In this document: positions 42,484 through 54,700 of the stretch, one piece after another
How the letters are laid out: each line of letters starts with the position of its first letter
How positions within the stretch are numbered: position 1 is the first letter of the stretch
Assembly (NCBI GenBank): GCA_963924565.1
Contig: OZ004612.1
Span: 13,516,001 to 13,580,000 of the forward strand
From: Ascidiella aspersa
Taxonomy: Eukaryota
Reading direction: 5' to 3'
DNA length: 64,000 nucleotides
Notes under the pieces: generated by a model
What the model was told of the DNA's origin: nothing
Database searches by the model: none
What the model saw: only the letters and a program-made list of their open reading frames with translations
Translations under genes and position numbers: made by a program

Positions 42484-43959
42484 ACATAACGTATTAATAA
42501 TATTAGTATATGTCAAGTTTAGGGTTGTATTTGGATTCAAACAGTTGTAACATGGGTTTATTTCGCAAGGCGGGTTTATTCGTTAAGTAAACGCGTATAT
42601 ATTACTAAAAGTATCGTGGATTTACTGCGGGCACATAATTAACCGGAGCTATTTTTATTTTAATGTGAAACGTGGACTTAACATGCTACTAACAATAGCC
42701 GTTCGGTTTTAATTCAGGATTTCGAAATATTTGTTTCGGCAGTGTACTGAGAACAAACGTATTAAAATAGGTGGATAATATAGGACGCAGCTCTGGGTAT
42801 TTCTCATGGTATGAATAATATGTCATGCAAAAGCCGTTTGCTATATACGTGAGTGTCAGCGTACTTTCCAAGTGTCGATAATAATTGACCGAAACATATC
42901 GATCCGTTCGACATATCTCTTTATAATCACACCAGAAAAGAACTCATAAGAACAATACGTGTTAATCACGACGCAATTCCTCCAACAAAACAACGTTATT
43001 CATTAACGAGGCAAAGATCTGCGGCCAAGGCGACGAAAACAAAATGGCAGAGTGGTCTAACAGCGCCAGGTGATATAAGCTGGTAAATTTATCTCCCGAA
43101 GCATTGAAATAGTGGCGCTGCGTTATAGCGTGCTTATTTAAAAAATTTACCGCCGCGGGAAACAGAATGAATCAATCGGTGAAGTTCAAAAACTTATTTC
43201 CAGCGTAAAAAGGCAACCACGAAAAACGATTTAATCACCGGTACGCGCAAGAGTTTGCGGTTTCTGTTTGGCACGAACGAAACCTTTAACTGCACTTCAT
43301 AATCTGCAGGCAGCCAGGAAACACAACGTTGCACACAATTCTTCCCCGATGAAATCTCTTTGTAGTTATTAGGCATGTGTCGCTGCAAAATATAGGCGTG
43401 GAGTGTTCCCAGATAATATAAACTAAACTAACCGGGTTAAGACAAGAACTATAGGCGAAGAAATGCGAATCACACATTTAACTTAATTATGTGTTTTGGT
43501 ATACTTACTTACAGGTCCCTCGGTCGTCCATGTTGGTTATATTTTTTTGTTGGCAATTTATGTCGGAAAATTATTTCAACAGAATTGAATAATTTTTTAT
43601 GGTTGAAATATGCTGCGAAGAATCATGAATTTAATTGTCGCAACTTTACTGGTCTGAACTTTATGATATACAGCTGACCATCACCACCACGCGACCAAAA
43701 AAAAGTATCGACTCTCTTACAAAAAGGGGAACGTTACTAGAAAAAACGTTTAGGATATTTGAAGCATGTTATATTTAATGTTTCCTTGTTTCTTGGTCAC
43801 ATACTTAAATCTAGAAAATCTTTTTCAAGCAGTTTGAGAAAGATGCCTTGTTCACAAATGGCGAACCACGCTAAAAAAAAATAACACAGCTAAAATTTAT
43901 TTCAAAATTCTAGTTTCGGAAAAATAAAAACTTTTTATTTTCAAATGCTTTATGTACAG

Positions 43960-44293
43960 CCAAGATGTGGAGTCGGTTTAAAACAAACCGTGTCGGACAC
44001 CGGTCATTAGAAGATGAATCCCACTCCCAGCGATTCGTGGCCCACCACTTTATCTAAATTTGGACACAAACATTTTCTATGAAAATTGAACCTAAAAACA
44101 GCATCTCCAACACAGCAGCTAAAACCCATTGTTAGGAGACAATGACCTTTCTTGTTAAATAATTATTGTTTTTCAAAACAAAGCGCATAATATTTACACT
44201 ATTACATGGATGGCCCACAGTTTGGGAACCACTGACCTAAACTAAGGCACATTAGCTGAATCCGTCATGTCCAGACTCGACTCCTCATCCCTG
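43960..44293. mobile_element. Degraded MITE with GGAGTCG-type termini
   Basis: Left end CCAAGATGTGGAGTCGG, right end CTCGACTCCTCATCCCTG. Contains a second hAT-like end, GTTTGGGAACCACTG, at ~44220-44234. Confidence 0.55.
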
Positions 44294-44513
44294 CTCTACA
44301 AATATTGTGCACTCCGATAATAAAATACGGCGGCGAAAAATATATAAAACATTTTTCGTAAAACGTGTTGTTATAGCTTTTTTAACTAGGTTTTCGCTGT
44401 CCTTTGTTTGTCTTTAAAATAATACTGTAAATTATTTTTTTTAATTGGAATTTAAACTTTTAAACGTTGAAGGTTTGCTTAATAAGTGTCTGCATTGATT
44501 GGATATATATGTA

Positions 44514-44529
44514 TTTATTTTATTTTATT
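44514..44529 (-). terminator. Polyadenylation signal cluster of the GT31 gene
   Basis: Three overlapping AATAAA on the - strand, about 100 nt after the stop codon. Confidence 0.6.
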
Positions 44530-44627
44530 AAAGGTGTTTACTCAATTAAATTATAGTAATCACTTATTGTAGTCATTTTGTACTTTTAGCAAACCAGCGG
44601 TACAAATTTTGCTAGATACACGTAGGT

Positions 44628-45207
44628 TTATTCCGGACGCTTTTGTGACCAGAAACACGTCGTTTTGTTCGTCAGTTCTTTCAGCATCGTTGTAACTTCG
44701 TCGGACATGAAGTCTCGAATGTTCTTCGACTTCTTGCCAGAGTAACCGCTCGTGTGCGTCGCCACATGGCCTTCGGGCTTGATAACCATTTGGGCTGGCA
44801 TTCCCATGTGCTCGCGCAGCACTCCGGTAACCCAGACGTCGTCCATCGGCAACGGTTTGTACCCTTTGGAAATGACCCACAACTGGTTGATGACGCTAAC
44901 CGACGTGGTGTACATGGCCCCTAGGCACGAGCGCGGCCACACTTGCCACCGGTAGTCTTTTTCCGACACGAAGTACTTGCTGTTTACGTTTCTTTCCGGC
45001 GTGAATGGTTGCACGATTCTGTACATGCACAGAAGCGGGAACTCGGGCCACTTCTTCTCGGCGGCGGCCTTTAGAAAGTACGTCAAAATCTTGTGCATTT
45101 CAGCCAGGTTGATGAGCACATCGTCGTCGGCCGTCGTGTAGAAGTCGTCGGGTAACAGGTTTTCAGCCGCCCACTGCATTCCCGCCAATGTCTTGGAGAC
45201 AATGTTC
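44628..45207 (-). CDS. GT31 beta-1,3-galactosyltransferase-like gene, last exon (catalytic core)
   Basis: Acceptor GTGTGCAG|G. The splice rebuilds DTYRNIVSKT (the DTYxNLxxKT motif). Also DxD motif ADDDV, SKYFVS..Y, WPRSCLGAMY and MDDVWVTG. Joined exons 86+185+226+580 = 1077 nt = 358 aa plus stop. Confidence 0.93.
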
Positions 45208-45674
45208 CTGCACACGGCGAATCAATGTTCACACAGTATTCTCAAAACAATGGAAAAGAGATTTACCTAACTAAAATCGAGCAAAGCCCCCCTCACTTAC
45301 TTGCATTGGTTATATTTTCCCCAAGCCAAATCAGAAAACATTGTAGAAAAGTCTAAAAATATTAGATCCGGATGTATCGGCGGTGATCCGATATTAAATT
45401 TGTGCCATCTCAGTCATAGTATAGGAATAAAAAAGAACGATGTTTCGTTGGAAGTAAATTTATCAACCAAACACTCAGTTAACGATTGAGACCAAAATTT
45501 TTTTTAGCTTAATCTGTAAAAAAGCCATTTTACCAATTATTCAAAATATCGGACGTTTCTACCCACGTGTTCGCAAGAAATGGTTGCAAAAATAGTTCAA
45601 GAAGCTGCAACAAAGGTATTGAGAAGGAGACAAATACATTTTCTTTCAATTTTAAATAGATAGCAGTTGCATTA

Positions 45675-46095
45675 GGACTCCAGCCATAAGACCGAAAAAA
45701 GAACAACATCGACGTCGGAAATAAAACACAATTCGGAATTATACCAAAATAGAACTAATACCTATAATAGTCTTAAACCGTCTAAATCGGTTCTAAACCC
45801 GTTGGAATAAGACATAAATGGCCACTTAGGTTTTTTTACCTAACCCCAAACCCCAACATCACCAAGTCCCCTAATAGTTTCAACCCATTTTCTAATCCCT
45901 CCCATTACCCACCAACAGCCCAAACAGGGCCAAAAATCCGGTGACAAAACAATCTAGGGAGTCCAATTGCGTCGACACCAAAACGGCCGATGCCAATGGC
46001 CCCGATCGTCCCATACCCCCTCCGGTCCTCCCTACACTTTTAGGCGCCATTTAGGATTTATTCCGATTGAGACGGTTAAGTTCTTATTCTGTCGT
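45675..46095. mobile_element. Related element of the CGGAATAA-arm family in the last GT31 intron
   Basis: Starts CCAGCCATAAGACCGAAAAAAGAACAACATCGACGTCGGAAATAAAACACA, similar to 55140-55190. Internal inverted segments ~45778-45825 and ~46045-46074 surround a C-rich TAACCCC/TAATCCC core. Confidence 0.5.
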
Positions 46096-46491
46096 GGATA
46101 TAATTGGACATTTGACTTCATTGTTTCGTTGTTCTTAATACTATGGTTTTATAATTTTTTTGCTTCAGGAATATAGTGATGCTTTTTAGGTCTTATTGTG
46201 TGTTCACATATAAAAGTTTTGCATCACTTTTAATAAGCACATGAAAGACAAAACATTTATTAGAAAAAAAGATATAATTATCCTGTAACAATTAAAGCGT
46301 GAAACTTTAGTTTCCTCTTTTATACAGTTTTAGTATCGTGTGCCTTATTTACATTGATGATGGAGGTGTGGGTAACTGCCACAACTTTCAAAAGGGAAAA
46401 TAAATTAATGACATAACTTAGATGTAAAACGTTTGTGTGACTTATCATAACTTTGTTTTCTATAGAAGAAATGTGGAATCAACATTACCAC

Positions 46492-46717
46492 CTGTAAGTA
46501 TCCGGTCCATCGTATTGTAAAATATCTTCATATCTTCGTGTTTCCTCGGCCAGAAGCATTCCGTTTTTTGCACTATTCGGCTTTCCAACGACGAACAACG
46601 TCTTAAGGAGGCCGTCTTCTAAGTAGCTCAGAGACCCCCACGCCCGGCGAATAAACTCTCGCCTGTGAAAGTTGCCGACGCTGGATTTCACGAAAATCAC
46701 CATTCGCCATTTGATGT
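46492..46717 (-). CDS. GT31 beta-1,3-galactosyltransferase-like gene, exon 3
   Basis: Acceptor CCTGCAG|. Encodes IKWRMVIFVKSSVGNFHRREFIRRAWG...TLFVVG...EETRRYEDILQYDGPDTY, carrying the GT31 RxxIRxTWG and ExxxYxDIL motifs. Donor AG|GTGGTA in phase 2. Confidence 0.9.
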
Positions 46718-46788
46718 CTGCAGGCGGAAGTATTTATTTAAAAATTGATATATGAATGAAAGGGCCTGTGTTGTCAAAGATTCTAGGT

Positions 46789-47292
46789 CAGGGGCCGGCA
46801 ACCTACGGCCCGCGTGTGAAAATCATCCGGCCGAGAGCTCATTTTCAAAGGATACACGGTCATGCGTCATATTTTTTTAAATATTTTAACCTTACGAATA
46901 ATTTGGTGTCAATTTTTCTTTTGAAGGAATCTTCTCATACCAAAGGGCATTGCGCATAAAAAAACTGGTGGAAGCTATTCCTAGAATGGAACTCTCTAAA
47001 ATGAAAGTTTTTTTTACAACCTAATCTGTATACTCTTTTCTCGGATGAATAACTAATATGTACATATTTAGTTTTGTGAGTGCGCAATGCGTTTCACAAT
47101 TTAAACCAAACAAACGCATTTTTTTTCGCGCTTCGAGAGTTGCTACCTTTTTGTTTTAAATTAGACTTATTTTAATTGCATAAACATTTAGGTCCGAACC
47201 TTATTACGAGCGCTTAATAGCCACATGTTTCTATAACAAAATTGTTAGTGGAAATTTAATACGGCCCGCCAAAAACTTGCTATGTTTGGTTT
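46789..47292. mobile_element. hAT/Charlie-type MITE in the GT31 intron, right end degraded
   Basis: Left end CAGGGGCCGGCAACCTACGGCCCGCG and subterminal CGGCCCGC near 47261. Flanks TTCTAGGT / GGCTAGGT resemble a decayed TSD. Confidence 0.6.
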
Positions 47293-47632
47293 GGCTAGGT
47301 TAAACTAACCCTAATGACAGTATTCTATTTGAATAAGGAACTGACGATATAGGCGAAATATATAATCCTTTAAAAAATGTCTGTTCCTATTTTTACTCAC
47401 CTTTTTAATTTTTTGCTAAAAATGCATTCACACAACTATACAGTTGGTAAATAACATAGTCTCCAACTTTAGAAATTAAAACCAAACTTTATAGCTGATC
47501 GTTAACAATGTATTGAGAACCAGCGAATAATAACCACTGTTTTAAGTCAAATATTATAAATTTTCGAGAGTAAAACAAGTTATGTTTTAGCTTTATAAAG
47601 GTGTACGTCTACTGAGAAAGATATATCTGTAC

Positions 47633-47817
47633 CTTTGTTAGTTAAACAAGATGCGTTCCCAATTTTATCAAACCCTAGCGACGGCTCAATAAGATATACC
47701 GCAATGTTTGACGTCGGGCTGGTGGCTTTCACATTTATGTTTGACAAACCCGTCGTTGTGAACATTGCTGCCTGACACAGCGGGGACTTCCAAACCTGTC
47801 TCACCCTTGATGAATTT
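47633..47817 (-). CDS. GT31 beta-1,3-galactosyltransferase-like gene, exon 2 (stem region)
   Basis: Acceptor TTTGTTTACAG|, open frame NSSRVRQVWK...YLIEPSLGFDKIGNASCLTNK, and donor AAAG|GTACAG in phase 1, matching the next exon. Confidence 0.75.
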
Positions 47818-48439
47818 CTGTAAACAAAGGGATAATATATGCGTTGCGTTAGCCACGATGCTTAGGTAACTCGAAAAGTGTGCTTTATGGCCTGGTAAGG
47901 TGACCAATATACGCCTAAAAACAGTATTGTAAAGAAGTCCTCAAAAATAAAAAGCTTTAGCCCCAGACAAGTCTTTTGTGAAATAACTGACGTCTAAGTA
48001 CAGTTTTTCAAACAAATAACCAGTCATGTCCCAGTTTAAGTCATCAGTTGCCCAAGCCAAGTTTTAGTCAGTCATCACTGGTCAACACAAAATTGCCGGC
48101 TATGACTTAAAAAACTGATTGAGAGTAACTTTGGGGCGCTGATGTCAAATATGTAATTATTTTTTGTCTATCACGTCAGGATTTTAAAATAAGTCACATC
48201 CTCTAAAAAGAAAAATTAAACTTTTTGGTCTAAAAATGTAAACACATTTTCCATCCTACTAGACAACTATACCTATAGTTGATGACATATCTGTAAGTTG
48301 ATGAGCGAATAGGTCTATTCACAAATACAATGTATGTATTTAAGTTAAAATAACACTCAAATGAAAGACGGAAACACTAAATCAGTCACAAAAATTCACA
48401 GACGAACAAAATTTATTTTCAATGATTTTTTGTTGTTTA

Positions 48440-49800
48440 TGATGCTTTTTAAATATATCTTTTCAAACTCCAGCAATAGTCTGCCATCATGTGACAAGCC
48501 TGCTACCCTTGGTAGCGCTCTTCCATTGTTTTTAAATGTCCCGGTGACAACTTTTTTCCTGCTCCTCGACAACGCTGCCAAAGTTTTCGGGAAGTAATGC
48601 TCACATTGCAGCCAATAGCTTAAAAGCTGGAGAGAAACTCTTGTAACAGATCTTTGTAATGGTCAGTTTTCTTGTATCCAATAAGTTTGTAATAACTTTA
48701 ACAAAAGCTTTCGAAACTCTAGCTTCCTTTGAAGACATAGATGACACTAAATTTAAGTCTTTTAGTAAATGTCGAATTTGAGGCCAATTGAATATTCCAG
48801 CTTTTAGTTTTTCTTAAGTTGACCCATGAACCTTTAAGCAGACACATTTAAAGCATTCGCGATGAAAATTGAGCTTTAACATATTTCTTCATGATCCCAA
48901 GTTTGTTATGCCAAGGCGGAAAAATAATCTTTTCTGCTGTCACCAGTAGTTCATGGATGATATGCGGTAAAACTATTTGTGTCAAGTGCAATGTTGCTGC
49001 TTGAATCCCAGTAGCAAAAGAAAATCCAAGTAGCAAAAAAAGCAGGAATACTTCGTGTATCCAGATTGTTGCCGAAGTAAAAATGTCACCATTTTCAAGT
49101 CGACACAGATTTGCCAACCATATTGCTCATATTTTATTTTGTTCAAAGTATGCTTAATGTTTTCAATTTTTATTTTTTATTTTAGACTTAGAGTAACTGA
49201 GTGCCCAATAGGAAGGGAGCCAAATCGGTTGCCATTTTGAAGTAACGCATACTGCGTTTTTGAGCTGTCTATGAAACTGTGCTTTTAGCTGTCGATAAAA
49301 GCCTCAATTCCTCAGAATGGTATCATTGCAATAAACCAATACATCGTATGAAATAAAGTATCATAAAAGCGTTTATTCTTTCTTTCTGTAAAATGTTACG
49401 CTGGCCTCAAGACGTTTTTCTGGTAAGCAACAATTCTGCAGACAGTTGAGAGAAATCCCGATCTCATGATACGAGCTGAATAAACAACCAAGTTGCCTGA
49501 AGCTTGAAAGTCTACATTTTCGTGTTCGTCTTGTGATAAATCTGACTAGGAGGTTGTGAATCAATTTGTGGCAGATGGATAAAAATAGGAAATGAAACTT
49601 GGTCACTATGAGCAATAGGTAAGGTAGCCTACCATAGGTATTTTGAATAGTAGCTGCGTCCTTTCCCTTCGATCCAACATCTTCAATTCGAATGCAAGAA
49701 ACCGTGTGACCTTATGCCAGTAAAATGCTAACTTAGTTGGAATGAATGGTAGGCTACGCACGTGCGAAAATCTGTCAAGATTGCATTACAATTTGAAGTT
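48440..49800 (-). pseudogene. Decayed DNA-transposon transposase (probably CMC/Chapaev-3 type) in intron 1 of the GT31 gene
   Basis: Frameshifted, stop-containing pieces in the expected order: PIAHSDQVSFP, FIDSS, LLQNGNRFGSLPIGHSV, KIKYEQYGWQICVDLKMVTFLLRQQSGYTKYSCFF, IIFPPWHNKLGIMKKYVKA, EKLKAGIFNWPQIRHLLKD, IGCNVSI, PENFGSVVEEQEKSCHRDI, MEERYQG*...MMADYCWSLK. These match the recalled PPLHIKLGLMKQFVKA / EHGERFHQDI / ADYCW family. The superfamily name is from memory and the boundaries are approximate. Confidence 0.8.
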
Positions 49801-50660
49801 GAACAGTTCCAAAGTGTGTCCTGTTTTCCAAATTGTTTAGGGAGTCTCTTTTTCGGCTTTGGTATGAAAACTGAAAACCATTGGTTTGAAAACTCTAAAC
49901 CCTAATAGTTGACTTTGTTAAAACTTCATTCTTGAAAATGACTTTTGGTATTTGGACGTAACATTCTTTTAAAACAGTTCAAAATAGCAAGCAAATATCT
50001 TAAATTTTCACCTGGATAATTGCCTTTGGCCAAAATACCTGCCTTGGTGTACAATCTTTTGTGTTAATTCTACTTATTAAACATTTCTTAAATATACTAA
50101 AAAAAATCTGGTAACACCGCGTCAAACCTGACATTGCATTCTGGTTGCGGAGCATAGCGCTGATGCGCTTTTCTTTCTTGTTGTTAAATGTGAAAGTGTA
50201 ATTGGTCAAGGGGTACTTCATTAAGAACGCAATTAAAAACTAGCCTGGATCAATTGAATAAAAGACGCATCCGTACACCAGAATTATTTTGAACCGTTGT
50301 CTTTTGTACATTTGCAAACCATAAAAACAGCGAATTTTGTTTTTCGATTTCTTGTATATATTATTGTTATTCGGTCCACGTATAAAAAACGTTAGGATTC
50401 GCTATATAGCGTCCCCAACTAAAATACGTTTGATATGCATATGTCAAGGTCACGGTCAAACTGTGTTGAACACACAACATTTAAACTGTTTTATCATTTT
50501 TACACAGAATTGTTAAACTTACCGAGAGCGTTAGCTCTGTAAAGCAAAATTTTTTAACAAGTGTAGGCTGAAAAAAGTCGGTTATTCACTTTACTGCACC
50601 GGTATAATACATGATTGAACATTTTCTTGTTTAATGTAAACAAACGAAACGTTTGCTTAC

Positions 50661-50746
50661 TTGTTAGCATGGAGTATCCATCCGATGGTAAAAAGCATTG
50701 ACATAACCGCCGTGAAAGCGATAAGCATTTTTTTGGGCCTATACAT
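50661..50746 (-). CDS. GT31 beta-1,3-galactosyltransferase-like gene, first coding exon (type II signal anchor)
   Basis: ACCATG then MYRPKKMLIAFTAVMSMLFTIGWILHAN: a short basic tail plus a transmembrane helix. Ends in phase 2 at AA|GTAAGC, which is phase-compatible with the exon at 47817. Confidence 0.7.
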
Positions 50747-50841
50747 GGTTATTCAGATCCAAATTTAACTTGGCGTTATAAACAACATTCCTATAATTTC
50801 CATGTTCTGCAAAAAAATACCAACATGCAGAAGGTTTAACT

Positions 50842-51789
50842 CAGGGTTTCTCAACCGTGGCCCACGGCCCCCCTGGGGGGCCACGGAGCGGTCATTGGGG
50901 GGCCACAGGCATAACTCTCTAGCTAAACATTACGAAAACCAAAGTGTCACTATTTTTAAAATCTACCAGAACTTGATTTTGTGTTTTTTATTATGACTGT
51001 AAACCTTTCTTGTAACGTTTTGTAACACGTGCTTTGACCTGTCAGTTTCGGGATGTTTAAAAGTGGAATATTAGATCATTTTTAATCGTTTTATCGCGGA
51101 AAGTTACGCCTAATTGGTCGTTCGCGTGTGGCAAGTTTGGTTAAAGGCCTGTCGCAGTGGCGAAACAATTACTGTGCTGCTTTATACATAGCCATGCAGT
51201 GCGGCGTCAGCGTTTTTTCAGGCCGGCAATTATTACTTACCGTCTGCCGATACCCTTTTGCCTAATCATCAAGTGTCCGATAAATGCTGTTAGGCGTGCA
51301 AGTAGTGTGCAATGCCAGGTGCAACGGTTTCGCAATTTCTTTTAAGAGCGTTCAGTTGCAAAAGAAACATTCCATCGTAAAACGCCTAAAGTACGCTACA
51401 GGGTTATTCAAATATTCAAGGTCATTTTTAGGCCAACATTAAAATAGGCTAATAGTAACGCGTTAATCAAAGGAAAATCGAGAAATCTTCTCGACGAATG
51501 AAGTGACATCGCTTGGCTCACTACAAAACAGAGCCGAATATAAAAAATAACCAGGTAGCGTCGAAGAACAAGATTTGTAATGACTAACTAATTTAATTTA
51601 AATTAAAATTGTACAATTTTTAAAAGTAATTGCATTTACTCGTTGATTAATGGCTGTATTTGTTATTAACGTGTAGAAGTAAAACAATAAATACGTTCAA
51701 TACAATGCTTGGTATTTTTAAGCAGGGGGGCACGAGGGTCGAGATCCTTTCAAATGGGGCCACGAAGCTTAAAAGGTTGAGAACCACTG
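50842..51789. mobile_element. hAT-type non-autonomous element just upstream of the GT31 first coding exon
   Basis: Left end CAGGGTTTCTCAACC, right end GGTTGAGAACCACTG, GGGGCCAC subterminal repeats at both ends, and flanks GTTTAACT / GTTTAGGT. The right part recurs in each tandem copy. Confidence 0.75.
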
Positions 51790-54700
51790 GTTTAGGTGAT
51801 AAACGTATGAAGCGCATCTTCGTGATCAGGTATATTATTGCTAACCAACTGGATAACGATTGTCTGCTAACTTCAACTGCTAAATTCAAGATTCTGAGTT
51901 TAGAAGGGTGACATATTGAAACTTTTTAGCTGCTTGCCTCCTTTGACATGTAAAATAATCCTTCTACGAGAGAATCTAACGAAGCTGATTTACAAACTGA
52001 CTTTGGTTGTTTATTTTAGGTCGCATAATAAAAAAATACGTTTAAATGTACATTTCATCCGCACATATAGAAAGTCTGTTCGCTGCTTATAGATATTTGT
52101 CTAATATAAATCTGCTCGTAAATGACGAAGAATGCATTGCACAAAGCGGTCACGCAATTTCCTGGACTCAAGGAAATGCACCACAGATGGCAACATTTCA
52201 AACCGCTAGTTAATGCAAGTTGTGAGCACAGTTCTACTAAGGCTAGTTAAATAAAATACACTTTGCATAATTCTATAACGGAAGCCGTGCTTCGATTGGC
52301 TCATCAGCCTTTCAACCGCGTCACAGTGCGACGATGGTGCAGTAAGAGAAATTGCACTTTTGCTGAATAAATTTCTTTACAATGTTCTTCCATAATCACA
52401 CCAAAGAAAGTGCTTTATGTTGCCACTGTTCTTGAAATGCATAAAAGCTGATAAAATCAGCAGGGTATAGTCGTTTACACTTTTCTTTTACAAATTTAAC
52501 TCCAATGGTGAAGGCCGCTAAATCTATACCTGTCTTTTTTACTTCTTTAACTCTCGACTGAGTCACCTCGCTCAATTGATGTTTTTTGCTGAGTATACGG
52601 AATATTGACAGTTTAATCTCAATTCAGTCGATAACGTAATGCGTTGATTCGAACTGCTACATTAATGCCAAGCACAGTAAAATAGCATAAAGTACAATAA
52701 TTTGCAAATCACGGAGACCGTTAGCTTTTGGTATTTGTCACACATCAGTGGACACCGGTCATGATGTGCATCAGGACGTCATATAATCAACGCTGTGTAG
52801 TGTAGTGCTACCTTTTGTGGTGCTACCTCAGTCCTTCACTTGTTTGCATTAAACGCATTTGTTTGCTTCTGAATTAAAATACTGTAATTAACAGAAGCAA
52901 ATGATTAAATGGTACAAATATATCCTATGAAAATGCATCGTCGTTTATATACAAAAAACTCGTTTAAACTGATATTGATGGCGATAATCAACCGTTGTTA
53001 TTTTTGTGAAAATAGTATGGAAATTAAAGTTCACTAACCAGCCAGCCTTGTTTTTTAATTATGTAATAAGGACACTTCAGTTAATATACAAGAGCTTATA
53101 GCAGGAACCTGTTTGGATATAAAGAAATTTCCTCAAGGGAGCTTACAGTCCCGAAAATATAAAAACGATTCGCGCGAAGCGCCAACAAATTTGCTATTAC
53201 GTGTTTTATAAACGGAAAAAAATAGAGTTAGGAAAGCAGCCGCGGCTGCGTGCAGAATTTCCATTCAAATCATGCTAAGACATGATAGTTTGGATATATT
53301 TGCAAGAAAGATTCTTTGATAAAAAGAGCCACATGGTGTTACTAAAAGTACTATTGGTTCCTGACCAAACAACAACAGCAACAAAACACGCTAATACCGA
53401 CAAATCGAAAATGACGTAACAGTACCAAATCGATGCGTCCAGCGACATTCGCTGAACAAATTAAGTGATTTATATAATTAATCAATTATTGATTTATAAT
53501 AATTACCCTGAATAATGTGTTTATTTTATATGATAGCCTGATTGATTGACCACATCATACTTGGTGGTATTGCTACTATCTGGCGACGTTTGCTGTGCAA
53601 TTTTTAAATCTCTACTTCAAATTCTTCCTCCTAATCCCAACCCTTTCACTAACCATTCCTCCGACTTTTTCAGCAAGACTGACTCCCGATCTTTCTCCAA
53701 AATAGAGCTCTAATCCCTAATAAGCATGTCAATACGGAGGTAGGTATCATTTTAAAAGTTTCGAATAACTCTTTACTAATTTTCCAACATGATGAGTATC
53801 GGTAAATATATAATCTCGAAACATTTCTTATTAATCTCCATCATGTGGAAAGCTTACTACAACGTCTACAATAAGACATTTTAAACTGTGCGCACATTTT
53901 TGCGCACAGTGTGCAAAACAACTCCACGTCCCCTAGCTGTTAAAATAGCGGTACAGCAACGGAGCCGTTCAAACTAGGGCGTTCAAACGCTTTTTTTTTC
54001 TAGACACTTTTTCTATACACTAAAACTTTATGACGTCATAGTTGTTCTTAGTAAATCGGTTGAAACGAATGTAGGTCCAAAACGTTATATTTAAAATAAA
54101 TAAGCAACTTTTTTCCAGACTATTAAAGTTCAACACCTGTTTCGTCAAATCTGTACTTTTTAGTGTTGTTAATTACATTTGGTTTGTATGTTGTATTTAA
54201 CAACGTTTTAACAAATTATTTAACCACGCTATTGATATTGGTGCAACGCAGGGGGCATACAAGGGGCAGTGGCCATGTTTAATATATAGCTCGTTCACGA
54301 AAAATAAAAACAGCTTTTCTTGCTTTCAGTCATTATGGTTGGTTTATGAAATTCATTAAAAAAAAACAGTATTGTTTTATTCATAACAACCAAACCTATC
54401 AATGTTTGACATTTTAGTGACCATGGTTTTAAAAACTTGCTGTGTTGTGGCCTGCGACCGAATAATTCGCGTACCTGGCCGTATGCAAGCAAGTAAGCAC
54501 AAAATAAAACTAACAAACCGAAAAATTAAAAACTTTGCAGGCCGTATGTTGTGCAGGCCCACTGCAGACATCAGAAATTCCAAATGTTTTGCAATACACT
54601 GCTTTTCTGTTCTAGGAACCTTTTTATTTTCTGATGTCATGTCGCCGTGTCTAACCACTTCATAATGTAACGGAGACACTTTTGCAAATGAACGTCCGAT

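Noticed and set aside
47782-47791. Perfect kB-like GGGGACTTCC
   Set aside because: Lies inside a GT31 coding exon and is explained by the codons.
52178-52196. CTCF-like CCACAGATGGCAAC, intact only in copy 1
   Set aside because: The 5' half fits the consensus poorly.
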